A stretch of 32,000 nt of DNA from Megasphaera elsdenii DSM 20460 (GCF_003010495.1 NZ_CP027570.1:1860001-1892000); one strand, 5' to 3'; positions 7,667 to 17,900 are shown, counted from the stretch's first letter. A program made the numbers and translations. The notes: generated by a model from the letters alone, not told the origin.

Positions 7667-8929
7667 CTAGTGGAATATATTGATGAAGATGGTGATGATC
7701 GAGGCGTTGACCGGGTCGATGATGAGCGAGCCGATGAGGGGGATGACGAAGAAGGCCGTCGGTGCCGGGCCGAAGAGTTCGGTCATGGCCGTCATGTTGG
7801 CGATGGCGTTCGGCGTAGCGCCGAGGCCGAAGCCGCAGACGCCGCTGGTCATGACGGCTGCTTCGTAATCCTTGCCCATGGCGCGGAAGACGATGAAGTA
7901 AGCAAAGAGGGCCATGAACAGGGCCTGGCTGAGGAGCATGACGACCAGGGGGATGGCCAGATCGGCGAGCTGCCAGAGTTTCAGGCTCATGAGGACGCAG
8001 GTCAAAAAGACGGTCAGGCTCAGGTTGCCCAGGACTTCGCTTTCACGCTGGTAGATTTTGTAGGCGTGAGTGAAGTCGGCGATATTGCGGATGATGGCAG
8101 CGACGATCATGGAGCCGATATAGCCCGGGAAGACCAGACCGATGCTGCTGAAGAAGCCGCTGACCAGGGTACCCAGGCCCATAGCCAGGAAGAGGTGGGC
8201 CATGGCGTTCATGAAGCGGTAGTTGTCGATGGTCTGACCGATTTTATTTTCAATCTTGATGGCGTTTTCTGCGCGTTCCTTATTGCCGGCAACGGCTTTC
8301 AGTTTCGAAACGGTGCCAGCATTGAAGGACGGGTCGAAGCGTTCCGATTCGGCCGAGCTGACCAGGTGGAATTTGTGGACCAGTTCTTCGCCAATCGGGC
8401 CGCCGATGACGCCGCCGGCGACGAGGCCGAAGGTAGCGGCTGCGACGGCAATGGTAGCGCCGCTGTCGAGGCCGATGCTTTCCAGGAGCGGGCCAAAGGC
8501 CGCTGCCGTACCATGACCGCCGACCATGGGGATGGAACCCGTTGCCAGGCCCAGGAGCGGGCTCAGGTTGAAGGCCATGGCCAGGCCGGAGCCGATGATG
8601 TTCTGGAAGACGATTAAAATCGTCGTGACGATGGCCATTTTGAAGACCATGACGCCGCCGCGCTTGATGAGGCTGATGCTGGCCGTATAGCCGACGCTGG
8701 TGAAGAAGAGCATCATGCAGATGTTCTGCATGATCGTATCCTGTTCGTACTTCCAGATGCCCTGCGTATATAAGATGCAATTGATGATAGCAAATAAGAT
8801 ACCGCCGACAACGGGCGCCGGGATACAATACTTACGAAGGACGCTGATCTTGACGCGCAAGAAGACGCCGACGTAGTAGACGACGATGGCCGCAGCCAGG
8901 GTCTGATAGATATTAAGATTTAAAGACAC
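7667..8929 (-). CDS. gltS: Sodium/glutamate symporter (GltS family)
   Basis: A 420-aa polytopic membrane protein, MSLNLNIYQTLAAAIVVYYVGVFLRVKISVLRKYCIPAPVVGGILFA...GSIPMVGGHGTAAAFGP..., resembling GltS. It starts at a GTG with an AAGGAGG SD 8 nt upstream. Confidence 0.85.
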   Translation of the reverse strand: MSLNLNIYQTLAAAIVVYYVGVFLRVKISVLRKYCIPAPVVGGILFAIINCILYTQGIWKYEQDTIMQNICMMLFFTSVGYTASISLIKRGGVMVFKMAIVTTILIVFQNIIGSGLAMAFNLSPLLGLATGSIPMVGGHGTAAAFGPLLESIGLDSGATIAVAAATFGLVAGGVIGGPIGEELVHKFHLVSSAESERFDPSFNAGTVSKLKAVAGNKERAENAIKIENKIGQTIDNYRFMNAMAHLFLAMGLGTLVSGFFSSIGLVFPGYIGSMIVAAIIRNIADFTHAYKIYQRESEVLGNLSLTVFLTCVLMSLKLWQLADLAIPLVVMLLSQALFMALFAYFIVFRAMGKDYEAAVMTSGVCGFGLGATPNAIANMTAMTELFGPAPTAFFVIPLIGSLIIDPVNASIITIFINIFH

Positions 8930-8967
8930 GCGGAAAACCTCCTTATAATTTTAAAAATACAATACAT

Positions 8968-8996
8968 ATCATAACAGATTTTAGGCTGTAAAACAA
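8968..8996 (-). promoter_or_regulatory. Putative gltS promoter
   Basis: The minus strand reads TTGTTT-N17-TATGAT with TG upstream of the -10, about 40 nt before the gltS start. Confidence 0.3.
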
Positions 8997-9043
8997 TTGT
9001 GAAAATAGGAAAACTTTTTGATTTTTTAGGTATATAGCATATA

Positions 9044-10255
9044 TTATTTTTGAATACCTATAAAAATAGGTGAATGATAATAATCTTGATGGCCTTTGCG
9101 CTGATTTTCTTTAGAAAAACAGAATGACTGGACATCGCTGGCCCGCAGGTCCAAGGCCAGTTGTTCCCGGCCCAGCGGCGTCAGTTTGGAAAGGTCCTGG
9201 CGGATTTTGGTGATGACTGCCAGCTTGTCCCGGGCGCCTTTCAGGAAGGCTGCGCCCCGGCCGTTGAGGGCCAGGAGGCGGGCGTACTGCGGGCCGGCCT
9301 CGTAGGACTGGTCCATGAGTCGGCGGGAGGGCTGCAAGAGGGTATAGGCCCCCATGCGGCACAGGCGGCTGTAGGCATAGCGCCGCGTCTTGATGAGCTT
9401 CAGGGCCTGGTCGTAATCGCCGGCTTCGGCGAAGGCGCGGTACCAGCGGTTTTCCAGGCCTTCCGTAAAGGCCGGCAGGCGGCGCAGCTGGTCCGGCGTG
9501 AGCAGGCGGTTCTGGCCGGCGACGAAATCGCCGTAACGGCGGTAATCTGTAAAGGCCCCCAAGGTCAGCTGGTCCTGCAGGGACGGGCGGACTCTTTCTA
9601 CTATATAGGATATATAAGGCTTCTCATCGCCTGGATGGTCGGTCATGGCCTGCCGCAGGGCGGAGGCGCTGGCAAAGGTGGCGCCGAGGCCGGTATCGCC
9701 ATGGCGGCCCTGGCGGGGCAGGGGAAGGAAGGACAGGGGCCGTTCCTGCTTCAAGAGGGCCCGGGCGTATTCAAAAGCCAGCAGGGCATTGGGCTGCTCC
9801 AGGAGCCGGGCCTCGTCGGGGGCCGCTGCCATGAGTGCGTCGGTCCGTGCCTGACCGGCCGAACCTTTTTTGGCCGTCTCCGGGCCGATTTCCAGGGTAT
9901 CGGCCCGGCGGGCCAGGGAGAGAAAATCCTCGGCCGTCCCCGCCTCGACGCCGCAGGCCAGGGACTGGCAGCCCAGCCGGGCCGCTAAGGTGACGCCGCC
10001 CAGGGCAAAGCCCGATGCGCTGGACAGGGCATAGACGGCCGGAAGTTCGATGACGGCATCGGCGCCGCCCTCGATGGCCCAGGCTGCGCGGTGCCATTTA
10101 TCGAAAAAGGCCGGTTCACCGCGCTGGACGAAGGCGCCGCTCATGATGACGACGATGGCCGCATCGGTCCCGGATAAGCGCCGGACCTGGCGGATGAGAT
10201 AGGCATGACCGGTATGAAAGGGGTTAAATTCGGCAATGATGGCGACAGCTTCCAT
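9044..10255 (-). CDS. tmcAL: tRNA(Met) cytidine acetate ligase / YlbM-type nucleotidyltransferase
   Basis: MEAVAIIAEFNPFHTGHAYLIRQ carries the HxGH nucleotidyltransferase motif and has a UPF0348/TmcAL-like length. I chose the ATG at 10255 (GGAGG SD) over the upstream GTG at 10282, which has no SD. Confidence 0.75.
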   Translation of the reverse strand: MEAVAIIAEFNPFHTGHAYLIRQVRRLSGTDAAIVVIMSGAFVQRGEPAFFDKWHRAAWAIEGGADAVIELPAVYALSSASGFALGGVTLAARLGCQSLACGVEAGTAEDFLSLARRADTLEIGPETAKKGSAGQARTDALMAAAPDEARLLEQPNALLAFEYARALLKQERPLSFLPLPRQGRHGDTGLGATFASASALRQAMTDHPGDEKPYISYIVERVRPSLQDQLTLGAFTDYRRYGDFVAGQNRLLTPDQLRRLPAFTEGLENRWYRAFAEAGDYDQALKLIKTRRYAYSRLCRMGAYTLLQPSRRLMDQSYEAGPQYARLLALNGRGAAFLKGARDKLAVITKIRQDLSKLTPLGREQLALDLRASDVQSFCFSKENQRKGHQDYYHSPIFIGIQK

Positions 10256-10450
10256 AAGACCTCCATAAGTTCTAAAATTCACAATATTGACGCCGAGTAT
10301 GGCATCACTGTATTTATGGGACGCATTTTTTTATAAAAAGTATAGCTTATTACGTTAAGTATACGGGCGGTATATTGAAACGTCAATGGTGTATACTCGT
10401 TAGGGACAAGGGAAGGGGCGAAAGTATTTGCAATTCGTCGCTTTTTTTAG

Positions 10451-10479
10451 GTGACGCTATAAATCTTTTATGCTATAAT
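10451..10479 (+). promoter_or_regulatory. Putative promoter of the lipoprotein-ackA-HAD unit
   Basis: GTGACG, a 17-nt spacer ending in TGc, and TATAAT (10474-10479). This is an extended -10, 37 nt before the lipoprotein start. Confidence 0.4.
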
Positions 10480-10515
10480 GAACCTAGTCTGTAGAAAGCA
10501 TAAATAGGTGATTGC

Positions 10516-11052
10516 ATGAAAGGATTGAAATTATTAGCAGTTGCGGCCATGACCGCAGCTGTCGTATTGTTGTCCGGATGCGGCAACATGACGATGCTCG
10601 AAGAATACAGTTTCGGGTATGTCCAGCTGAAAGCCGGCAATTCGGAAGTGTATGTCATGACGCCGTTCGACCTGGGGCGCGTAAACCGCCAGAATGGTGA
10701 AGGCGTGATGTACATTAACAACGATAAGCACATCAATGTCATCGCTGTCTCCGAAACGGCTGGCGAAACGACGCCTGCAGCCATGGCAGAAGAGTACATT
10801 GCCATGCTGAAACAGACACCGGATTTTTCTGATCTGCAAACGAAGGTCACCGACGCGGAAGAAAGCGGCCGTAAGGCCACCGTTGTCAACGCTTCCTATA
10901 CGGAACCGCTCAACGGCCAGCCGGTCAAAATCACTGCGCGGAGTCTCTTCTTTGAAGATAATGGCCAGATATGGCACGTCATGTACATATACAGAGACGG
11001 CGATGCCCTGGCTAAAGAAGTAGTTGACCACGTATTTGGCCAGCTCAAATAA
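10516..11052 (+). CDS. Hypothetical lipoprotein
   Basis: The signal peptide has a lipobox, MKGLKLLAVAAMTAAVVLLSGC. An AGGTGA SD precedes the start. I recognise no family. Confidence 0.75.
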   Translation: MKGLKLLAVAAMTAAVVLLSGCGNMTMLEEYSFGYVQLKAGNSEVYVMTPFDLGRVNRQNGEGVMYINNDKHINVIAVSETAGETTPAAMAEEYIAMLKQTPDFSDLQTKVTDAEESGRKATVVNASYTEPLNGQPVKITARSLFFEDNGQIWHVMYIYRDGDALAKEVVDHVFGQLK

Positions 11053-11083
11053 TTCTAAGACAAATGAAAGAGGGTAAATTTTC

Positions 11084-12280
11084 ATGATCGTATTGGTTGT
11101 AAACTGCGGCAGCTCGTCCTTGAAGTACCAGCTCGTCAACATGGACAATGAAGAAGTAATGGCAAAAGGTTTGGTCGAAAAAATCGGCCTTCCCGATTCG
11201 CAGCTGACACACAAATGGAATGGCCAGAAAAAAGAAATCAAACAGTCCATTCCGGACCACAAAGTCGCTGTCAAACTTGTCCTCGACATCCTCACCGATG
11301 CTGAATGTGGCGTCATCAAATCCATGGATGCCATCGATGCTGTCGGCCACCGCGTCGTCCATGGCGGCGAAGAATTTGCGGCTTCCACGCTCATTACGGA
11401 TGAAGTCATGAAAGCCTTGGAAAAATGCTCGGCTATGGCTCCGCTCCACAATCCGCCTAACATCATCGGCATCAACGCCTGCAAAGCTATCATGCCTGGC
11501 GTTCCCCAGGTCGGCGTCTTCGACACGGCTTTCCATCAGACCATGCCGGCAAAAGCCTTCATGTATGGCCTGCCGTATGAACTCTACACGGAAGACCACA
11601 TCCGCCGTTATGGCTTCCACGGCACGAGCCATCGCTATGTAGCTGGCGAAGTCGCTAAAGTCATGGGCGTACCGGTCGAAAAACTGCGCATCATCAACTG
11701 CCACCTCGGCAACGGTTCTTCCCTGGCTGCCATCAAATATGGCAAATGCGTCGACACGACTATGGGCTTTACACCGCTCGCCGGCGTCCTCATGGGCACC
11801 CGCTGCGGCGATATCGACCCGGCTATCGTCCTCAACGTCATGGACAACCACAACCTTTCGACGAAAGAAATGGATACGCTCATGAATAAGAAATCCGGCG
11901 TCCTCGGCATTTCCGGCGTATCCAGCGACTTCCGCGACCTCGGCGAAGCAGCTAAGGAAGGCAATGAACGCGCTCAGCTCGCCCTCGACATGTTCCATTA
12001 TCAGGTCCGCAAAGAAATCGGTGCTTTCGCAGCCGCTATGGGCGGCGTAGACGTCATCACCTTCACGGCTGGCGTCGGCGAAAACGGTATCGAAGACCGT
12101 GCTGCCATTGCAGAAGGCCTGGAATACCTCGGTGCTAAACTCGACCCGCAGCGCAACGACGTCCGCGGCAAAGATGCCCTCATCAGCACGGACGATTCGA
12201 CGGTCAAGATGTACGTCATCCCGACGAACGAAGAAATCATGATCGCCCGCGATACGAAGGAAATCGTATCCAAACAGTAA
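11084..12280 (+). CDS. ackA: Acetate kinase
   Basis: [20 protein letters not shown] is the typical AckA N-terminus. [10 protein letters not shown] and [11 protein letters not shown] motifs are present. Confidence 0.97.
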   Translation: MIVLVVNCGSSSLKYQLVNMDNEEVMAKGLVEKIGLPDSQLTHKWNGQKKEIKQSIPDHKVAVKLVLDILTDAECGVIKSMDAIDAVGHRVVHGGEEFAASTLITDEVMKALEKCSAMAPLHNPPNIIGINACKAIMPGVPQVGVFDTAFHQTMPAKAFMYGLPYELYTEDHIRRYGFHGTSHRYVAGEVAKVMGVPVEKLRIINCHLGNGSSLAAIKYGKCVDTTMGFTPLAGVLMGTRCGDIDPAIVLNVMDNHNLSTKEMDTLMNKKSGVLGISGVSSDFRDLGEAAKEGNERAQLALDMFHYQVRKEIGAFAAAMGGVDVITFTAGVGENGIEDRAAIAEGLEYLGAKLDPQRNDVRGKDALISTDDSTVKMYVIPTNEEIMIARDTKEIVSKQ

Positions 12281-12316
12281 TGACTCAAGTGCGTGCCCGC
12301 AGAGGGAGTGAATACG

Positions 12317-13003
12317 GTGAAACTACTATACTGGGACATTGACGGAACCTTATTGAATACAGGCCGGGCCGGCTTATATGCCATTGAAGAAGTCTTCCAT
12401 GACCTCAAAGGTACGGACGTGCCCGTGCCCAAAATCGCCGCCGGCGGCCGGACGGATAATTTCATCTGCCAGCAGCTCTTGTACAAAGCGACGGGCATCA
12501 TGCCGACAGACGAAGAAGTCCACGCTTTTTGCCGGGGCTACGAAAAGAAGCTCCTCAAATGGCTGAAGCGCAAGGCTGACGAAGGCGTCGTCCTGCCTCA
12601 GGTAGAAGCGAACCTGGCCTTTTTCCAGCAGTGCAAGGAATATAAGCAACTCCTGCTGACCGGCAACAGTGCCACTGGCGCCCGCATGAAGATGGACGTC
12701 TTCGGCCTGTCCCAGTATTTTGATTTCCCTCATTCCGGCTTCGCCTTCAACTATTACTATCGCGATGATCTGGCCCGCAATGCCCTGGCCATTGCCAAGA
12801 AAGCCTGGGGCGACGCCATCGAGATGGCTTATGTCATCGGCGATACGCCGTATGACATCCAGTGCGGCAAGGCCATCGGCGCCCGCACGGTCAGCGTGGC
12901 CACCGGCCGCTATTCCTATGAGGAACTGGCCCAGTGCGCGCCCTGGAAGTTGCTCCATTCTCTGCCGGAACCGGAAACCTTCCTGAAAATCATCGAAAAT
13001 TAA
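12317..13003 (+). CDS. HAD-IA family hydrolase (phosphoglycolate phosphatase-like)
   Basis: HAD motif I (YWDIDGTLLNT), motif II (LLTGNS) and motif IV (VIGDTPYDIQCG) are present. I chose the GTG at 12317 (GAGGGAG SD 8 nt upstream); GTG at 12308 or 12293 remain possible. Confidence 0.8.
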   Translation: MKLLYWDIDGTLLNTGRAGLYAIEEVFHDLKGTDVPVPKIAAGGRTDNFICQQLLYKATGIMPTDEEVHAFCRGYEKKLLKWLKRKADEGVVLPQVEANLAFFQQCKEYKQLLLTGNSATGARMKMDVFGLSQYFDFPHSGFAFNYYYRDDLARNALAIAKKAWGDAIEMAYVIGDTPYDIQCGKAIGARTVSVATGRYSYEELAQCAPWKLLHSLPEPETFLKIIEN

Positions 13004-13010
13004 GCACACA

Positions 13011-13151
13011 TAGAAAGGGACTGTCGCACGAAGGCTTCGGCTATCATGCGAGGTCCCTTTTTTTGTTTGAGGTTTGATGTTTGATGTAAGGGCCTTTAAA
13101 TTTAAAACCATCCGCATCAAACATCAAACTTTTAACATCAAACTCGAAAAA
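13011..13151 (+). repeat. Composite palindromic intergenic element, copy A (MITE/REP-like)
   Basis: Module 1 is AAAGGGACTGTCGCACGAAGG...ATCATGCGAGGTCCCTTT. Module 2 is a perfect 15-bp inverted repeat, GTTTGATGTTTGATG (13072-13086) with CATCAAACATCAAAC (13115-13129), plus a third CATCAAA. It aligns along its length with 20251-20394. Confidence 0.8.
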
Positions 13152-13183
13152 GACCCGGACTCATAAGGAGTCCGGGTCTTTTT
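13152..13183. terminator. Bidirectional Rho-independent terminator (HAD gene on plus, 129-aa ORF/LysR on minus)
   Basis: GACCCGGACTC-ataag-GAGTCCGGGTC is flanked by GAAAAA upstream and TTTTT downstream. Confidence 0.8.
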
Positions 13184-13550
13184 CGGGTTCTTCGATGCGC
13201 CAGGTGTTTTCCAGGACACGGAAATTGAGGCGATGCCATTTTTTTTCGATATCATCCAGTGTTTGTGAAGCAGAATATAACATATTATTTTGTTTTTTAG
13301 CCTGCTTTTCCAGCTGGGCGATGCGGACACGCTGCATGGAGATCGTGTCTGCCAGCTCATAGACCTGGAACTGGAGGGCGGCGATCCACAGGAACTCCAG
13401 AAGGGCGACGAGAACGACGCACTTCTGGGCCTTGGGGAGACCGCGCCAGGCCTGGCAGAAACGGCGGCGCAGGTGGGAAAGGGCGGCACCGCCCTGCTGT
13501 TCCTTTTGGCGGAGCCCGGCCAGGAAGGCCGGGGACTTATGTCTGTCCAT
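13161..13550 (-). CDS. Hypothetical 129-aa protein with one hydrophobic segment and a coiled-coil-like stretch
   Basis: Codon usage is C-ending like the core genes, unlike the two competing overlapping frames. It contains a TM-like segment (CVVLVALLEFLWIAALQF) followed by ISMQRVRIAQLEKQAKKQ. The ATG lies 5 nt after the LysR stop, with no SD. The stop codon lies in the loop of the terminator hairpin. Confidence 0.45.
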   Translation of the reverse strand: MDRHKSPAFLAGLRQKEQQGGAALSHLRRRFCQAWRGLPKAQKCVVLVALLEFLWIAALQFQVYELADTISMQRVRIAQLEKQAKKQNNMLYSASQTLDDIEKKWHRLNFRVLENTWRIEEPEKDPDSL

Positions 13551-13555
13551 GGCGC

Positions 13556-14467
13556 CTATAAGTTGGAAATGACGCGGGCCTTATTGCGGACGAAGTCGAG
13601 CCATAACTGAGCGGCATGGGAGAGGTAGTGGCCCCGTTTCCAGATGACGTAGAGGACGTGCATGATTTCCGGTTCGACCAGGGGACGGACGACGACCGAT
13701 TCCGATACGCGGGGGTTCGTTTCCTTCGTCGGGCACAGGCGGCTCGGCAGGAGGGCGACGCCCAGGTTGGCCACGACGGTCTGGATCATGAGGTCCCGCT
13801 GGCTCGTTTCAAAGACGATCTTCGGCTGGAAGCCGATCTTCTTGCAGTGCTGGATGATTTCATCGTGCAGGTTGAAGTCGTCGCGGTAGAGGACCAACGA
13901 TTCATTGGCCAGCTTCTTGAGAGGAATCGTCTTTTCCTTGGACAGGATGTTGTCCCGGTGGATGATGACGTTCATCGGGTCCTGGGTCAGGAAGAACGAT
14001 TCAAAATCCTTTTCCTTCGGCTGCGTGCAGACGATGCCCAAGTCGATGAGGCCTTCCTGGACGCTGATTTCGACTTTCTTCGAGCCGTGTTCGTAGAGAT
14101 CCAGTTCGATCTGCGGGTATTCCTGCTTGAAGGCGCCGAGGAGGTTGGCGAAGATGGGAGCGCCCGTGATCGGCGGCAGGCCGATGAGGACCGTCCCTTG
14201 TTCCAACTTGAATTCGTTTTCGAAGTCCGTCTTCAAGTGTTCGAACATGAAGACGACGCGCTTGGCGTGGGAGAGGAAGATCGTGCCGGCATCGGTGAGT
14301 TCGACGGCTTTGGCATTGCGCATGAAGAGGACGACGCCCAATTCTTCTTCCAGGGCTTTGATGGTACGGCTGATGGCGGACTGGGAAATGTGCAGCGTCC
14401 GCGCCGCTTTGCTGAATGATTTCTTGTCGGCTACTTCGACAAAGTATTTAAGATGATGAAAATCCAT
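13556..14467 (-). CDS. LysR-family transcriptional regulator
   Basis: MDFHHLKYFVEVADKKSFSKAARTLHISQSAISRTIKALEEELG is the LysR winged-HTH, followed by a LysR substrate-binding region. The ATG at 14467 has a GGAGGTG SD; the track start at 14494 is rejected. Confidence 0.9.
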   Translation of the reverse strand: MDFHHLKYFVEVADKKSFSKAARTLHISQSAISRTIKALEEELGVVLFMRNAKAVELTDAGTIFLSHAKRVVFMFEHLKTDFENEFKLEQGTVLIGLPPITGAPIFANLLGAFKQEYPQIELDLYEHGSKKVEISVQEGLIDLGIVCTQPKEKDFESFFLTQDPMNVIIHRDNILSKEKTIPLKKLANESLVLYRDDFNLHDEIIQHCKKIGFQPKIVFETSQRDLMIQTVVANLGVALLPSRLCPTKETNPRVSESVVVRPLVEPEIMHVLYVIWKRGHYLSHAAQLWLDFVRNKARVISNL

Positions 14468-14682
14468 ACTAACACCTCCACTAATGGTGTACACCGAGTC
14501 GGGCCTTTAATATACACTCGATCGGTATACGTTTACAAAATAGCACTGAATGATGCATAAACTAGCATCACATTCCTATTGAATTTAGCATTACTTAGGC
14601 ATATAATTAACTTGTAAGAAAAAGTTACAAAGTCGTTCGGTTTGTGATGGTCAGCAAGCTTCAAAAGGCATGTTGGTGTGCA

Positions 14683-14716
14683 AATCTGTAATATCACTAT
14701 AATAGTATTACAGATT
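14683..14716. promoter_or_regulatory. Perfect 11-bp inverted repeat bracketing a TATAAT box, a candidate operator in the LysR/PFOR divergent region
   Basis: AATCTGTAATA (14683-14693) and TATTACAGATT (14706-14716) flank a 12-nt spacer, TCACTATAATAG, that contains TATAAT (14698-14703). Confidence 0.4.
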
Positions 14717-14957
14717 GAGAATATTAGCAATACTTTTTTTGAATATTGTTGAACCTTCCCACTTTTCATTGCATTTTTTTCAAGGTAGGGACGTGTATGG
14801 ACGATACGTGAACAAAAGTCATCCATGGAACCTGGGTGATGGTGTCCGCGCCGCCCGTATGAGGATGCAACAGAACGTCTTTATAGCTTTCTTAAGCCTA
14901 TCAGTATGGTGTTTCCATATTGAAAGTATACTTTTATTTAAGGAGCGTGTTTTATCT

Positions 14958-17900
14958 ATGAGCAAATTTAAAACCATGGATGGTAACGAAGCAGCTGCAT
15001 GGGTGTCCTATGCATTTACTGAAGTTGCCGCAATTTATCCGATCACGCCGTCTTCTCCTATGGCAGAACATGTCGATGATTGGGCAGCCGCTGGCATGAA
15101 AAACATCTTCGGCCACAAAGTCAACGTTGTTGAAATGCAGTCCGAAGCTGGCGCAGCTGGCGCATTCCACGGTTCTTTACAGGCTGGTGCTTTGACAACT
15201 ACGTACACGGCATCTCAGGGCTTCCTCCTCATGATCCCGAACATGTACAAAGTTGCCGGTGAACTCCTCCCGGGCGTATTCCACGTAGCTGCTCGTGCTT
15301 TGGCTAACCATGCACTGAACATCTTCGGTGACCATCAGGACGTTATGTCTGCTCGTGCAACAGGCTGCTGTCTCTTGGCCGAATCCAATGTTCAGGAAGT
15401 CATGGATCTCGGTGGTGTCGCTCATTTGGCAGCAATCAAAGGTTCCCTGCCGTTCATCAACTTCTTCGATGGTTTCCGTACTTCCCACGAAATCCAGAAA
15501 GTTGAAGTCATGGACTTCGAAAACTTCAAGAAACTCGTTGACTGGGACGCTATCGAAGCATTCCGCAAACGTGCCCTCAACCCGGATCAGCCGGAAATCC
15601 GCGGCACTGCAGAAAACCCGGACGTATACTTCCAGCACACAGAAGCTTCCAACAAATTCTATGACGCTATGCCGGATATCGTAGCTGACTACATGGACAA
15701 AGTTTCTGAAATCACGGGCCGTACGTACAAACCGTTCAACTACTACGGTGCTCCGGATGCTGAATACGTTGTCGTTTCCATGGGTTCTCTCTCCGACGTC
15801 GCTAAACAGACTGTCGAATACTTGCAGAGCCAGGGCGAAAAAGTCGGTGCCATCAACGTTCACCTCTATCGTCCGTTCTCCAACAAATACCTCCTCAACG
15901 TTCTTCCGAAAACAGTTAAGAAGATTGCTGTCATCGACCGCACGAAAGAACCGGGCTCCCTCGGCGAACCGCTCTACCTCGATATCGTTGGCTTCGTAAC
16001 TGAAGAAAACCTCAACATCGACGTTATCGGCGGCCGTACCGGTATGGGCTCCAAGGACGTTCTTCCGGAAGACTTCCTCGCTGTCTTCAAAGAACTCAAG
16101 AAAGAACATCCGCTCAACGGCTTCACGTTGGCTATCAACGACGACGTTACCAACCTCAGCCTTCCGCGCGAACCGAAAATGCCGCTTGACACGACTGGCC
16201 TTACGTCCTGCAAGTTCTGGGGCTTCGGTTCTGATGGTACTGTCGGCGCTAACAAATCCGCTATCAAGATCATCGGTGACCACACCGACATGTATGCTCA
16301 GGCATACTTCGCTTATGACTCCAAGAAATCCGGCGGCGTAACCATTTCTCACCTGCGTTTCGGTACTCGCCCGATCGATATGCCGTACCTCATCGACGCA
16401 GCTGACTACATCGCTTGCCATCGTCAGTCCTACATCAAACGTTTTGATGTCCTCCGCGGCATTAAAGACGGCGGCACATTCATGCTGAACTGCACCTGGA
16501 CTGATGAAGAACTGGAAAAAGAACTTCCGGCTCGCATCAAACGTTCCATCGCTAAACATCATGTTAAATTCTACACCTTGAATGGTGACGCTATTGGTCA
16601 GAAACTCGGCCTCGGCACTCGTATCAACATGGTCATGCAGGCTGCATTCTTCGCACTTGCTAAGATCATTCCTATCGATGATGCCGTTAAATACTTGAAA
16701 GACTCCATCGTCAAGAGCTATGGCAAGAAAGGCCAGAAAGTCGTTGACATGAACAACGGCGCTGTTGATGCTGGTATCAAAGAATTCCATGAAGTTAACT
16801 ATCCGGCTTCCTGGGCTGACGCTAAAGACGAAGTCGTCGAAGGCCGCCCGGCTACGAAGTACTTCACGGAAGTTGCAAAACCGATGCTCGAACAGGTTGG
16901 CGACGATCTCCCGGTTTCCGCATTTGCTGGCCGCGAAGATGGCACTATGCCTTCCGGCACTGCTAAATTCGAAAAAGCAGGCCCGGCTCTCCACGTTCCT
17001 TCCTGGGATGCTGAAAAATGTATCGGCTGCATGCAGTGCTCCTTCGTTTGCCCGCACGCAACCATCCGTCCGGTCCTCACGACTGACGAAGAACTCAAAG
17101 CTGCTCCAGCTGGCTTCCAGACGGCTGCTAAAGCTAAATCCGGCAAACAGTATCATGTTTCCATCATCGTTGACCAGCTCGACTGCCTCGAATGCGGTTC
17201 CTGCGTAAACGTCTGCCCGGTTCAGGCCCTCACGATGGTTCCGAACACCGACGAAGAACGTCAGAAGATGGATCTCTGGTACTATGGTACGGAACAGGTT
17301 GCTCCGAAAGCTAACCCGCAGAACAAGAAGACCGTCATCGGTTCTCAGTTCGAAACTCCGCTCCTCGAATTCTCCGGTGCATGCGCAGGCTGCGGTGAAA
17401 CACCGTATGTCAAACTCATCACGCAGCTCTTCGGCGATCGCATGATGATTGCAAATGCTACTGGCTGCTCCTCCATTTGGGGTGCATCCGCTCCGGTTTC
17501 CCCGTACACCATGAACGCTGCTGGCCATGGCCCGGCTTGGGCAAACAGCCTCTTCGAAGATGCTGCTGAATTTGGTCTCGGCATGTTCCTCGGCGTAGAC
17601 AAAGTCCGCAAAGACTTGGCTGAAAACCTCGACGCTGCTAAAGCCGTTGCTTCTCCGGAACTCCAGGCTGCACTCAGCGACTGGGCTGCTAACATGAACG
17701 AAGGCGAAGGCTCTCGTGAACGCGCTGACAAACTGACAGCTCTCCTCGAAAAAGAAGCTGCTGGCAAACCGGTTCTCGAAGACTTCCTCGCTAAGAAACA
17801 GTTCTTCGTTAAACGTAGCCAGTGGATCATCGGTGGTGACGGCTGGTCCTACGATATCGGTTACGGCGGTGTTGACCACGTCCTCGCTTCCGACCACGAC

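Noticed and set aside
7670-8617. A 315-aa acidic plus-strand ORF, plus the 8280-8828 minus-strand ORF inside gltS
   Set aside because: Both overlap the GltS membrane-protein frame. Their compositions (runs of D, E, G, or of R, P, H) are typical of out-of-frame or antisense translation of a GC3-rich gene.
10534-11998. Minus-strand ORFs of 330 aa and 317 aa opposite the lipoprotein gene and ackA. The similar overlapping ORFs at 12374-13120, 13616-14419, 9161-9988 and 24749-25954 belong here too.
   Set aside because: All are antisense or off-frame relative to genes with strong family signatures, and none has an SD or motifs.
14715-14957. An 81-codon N-terminal extension of PFOR in the ORF track, plus the 97-aa minus-strand ORF at 14533-14826
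   Set aside because: This is AT-rich promoter DNA. The extension starts at a non-ATG codon with no SD, while MSKFKTMDGNEAAAW matches the usual PFOR N-terminus and follows an AAGGAG.
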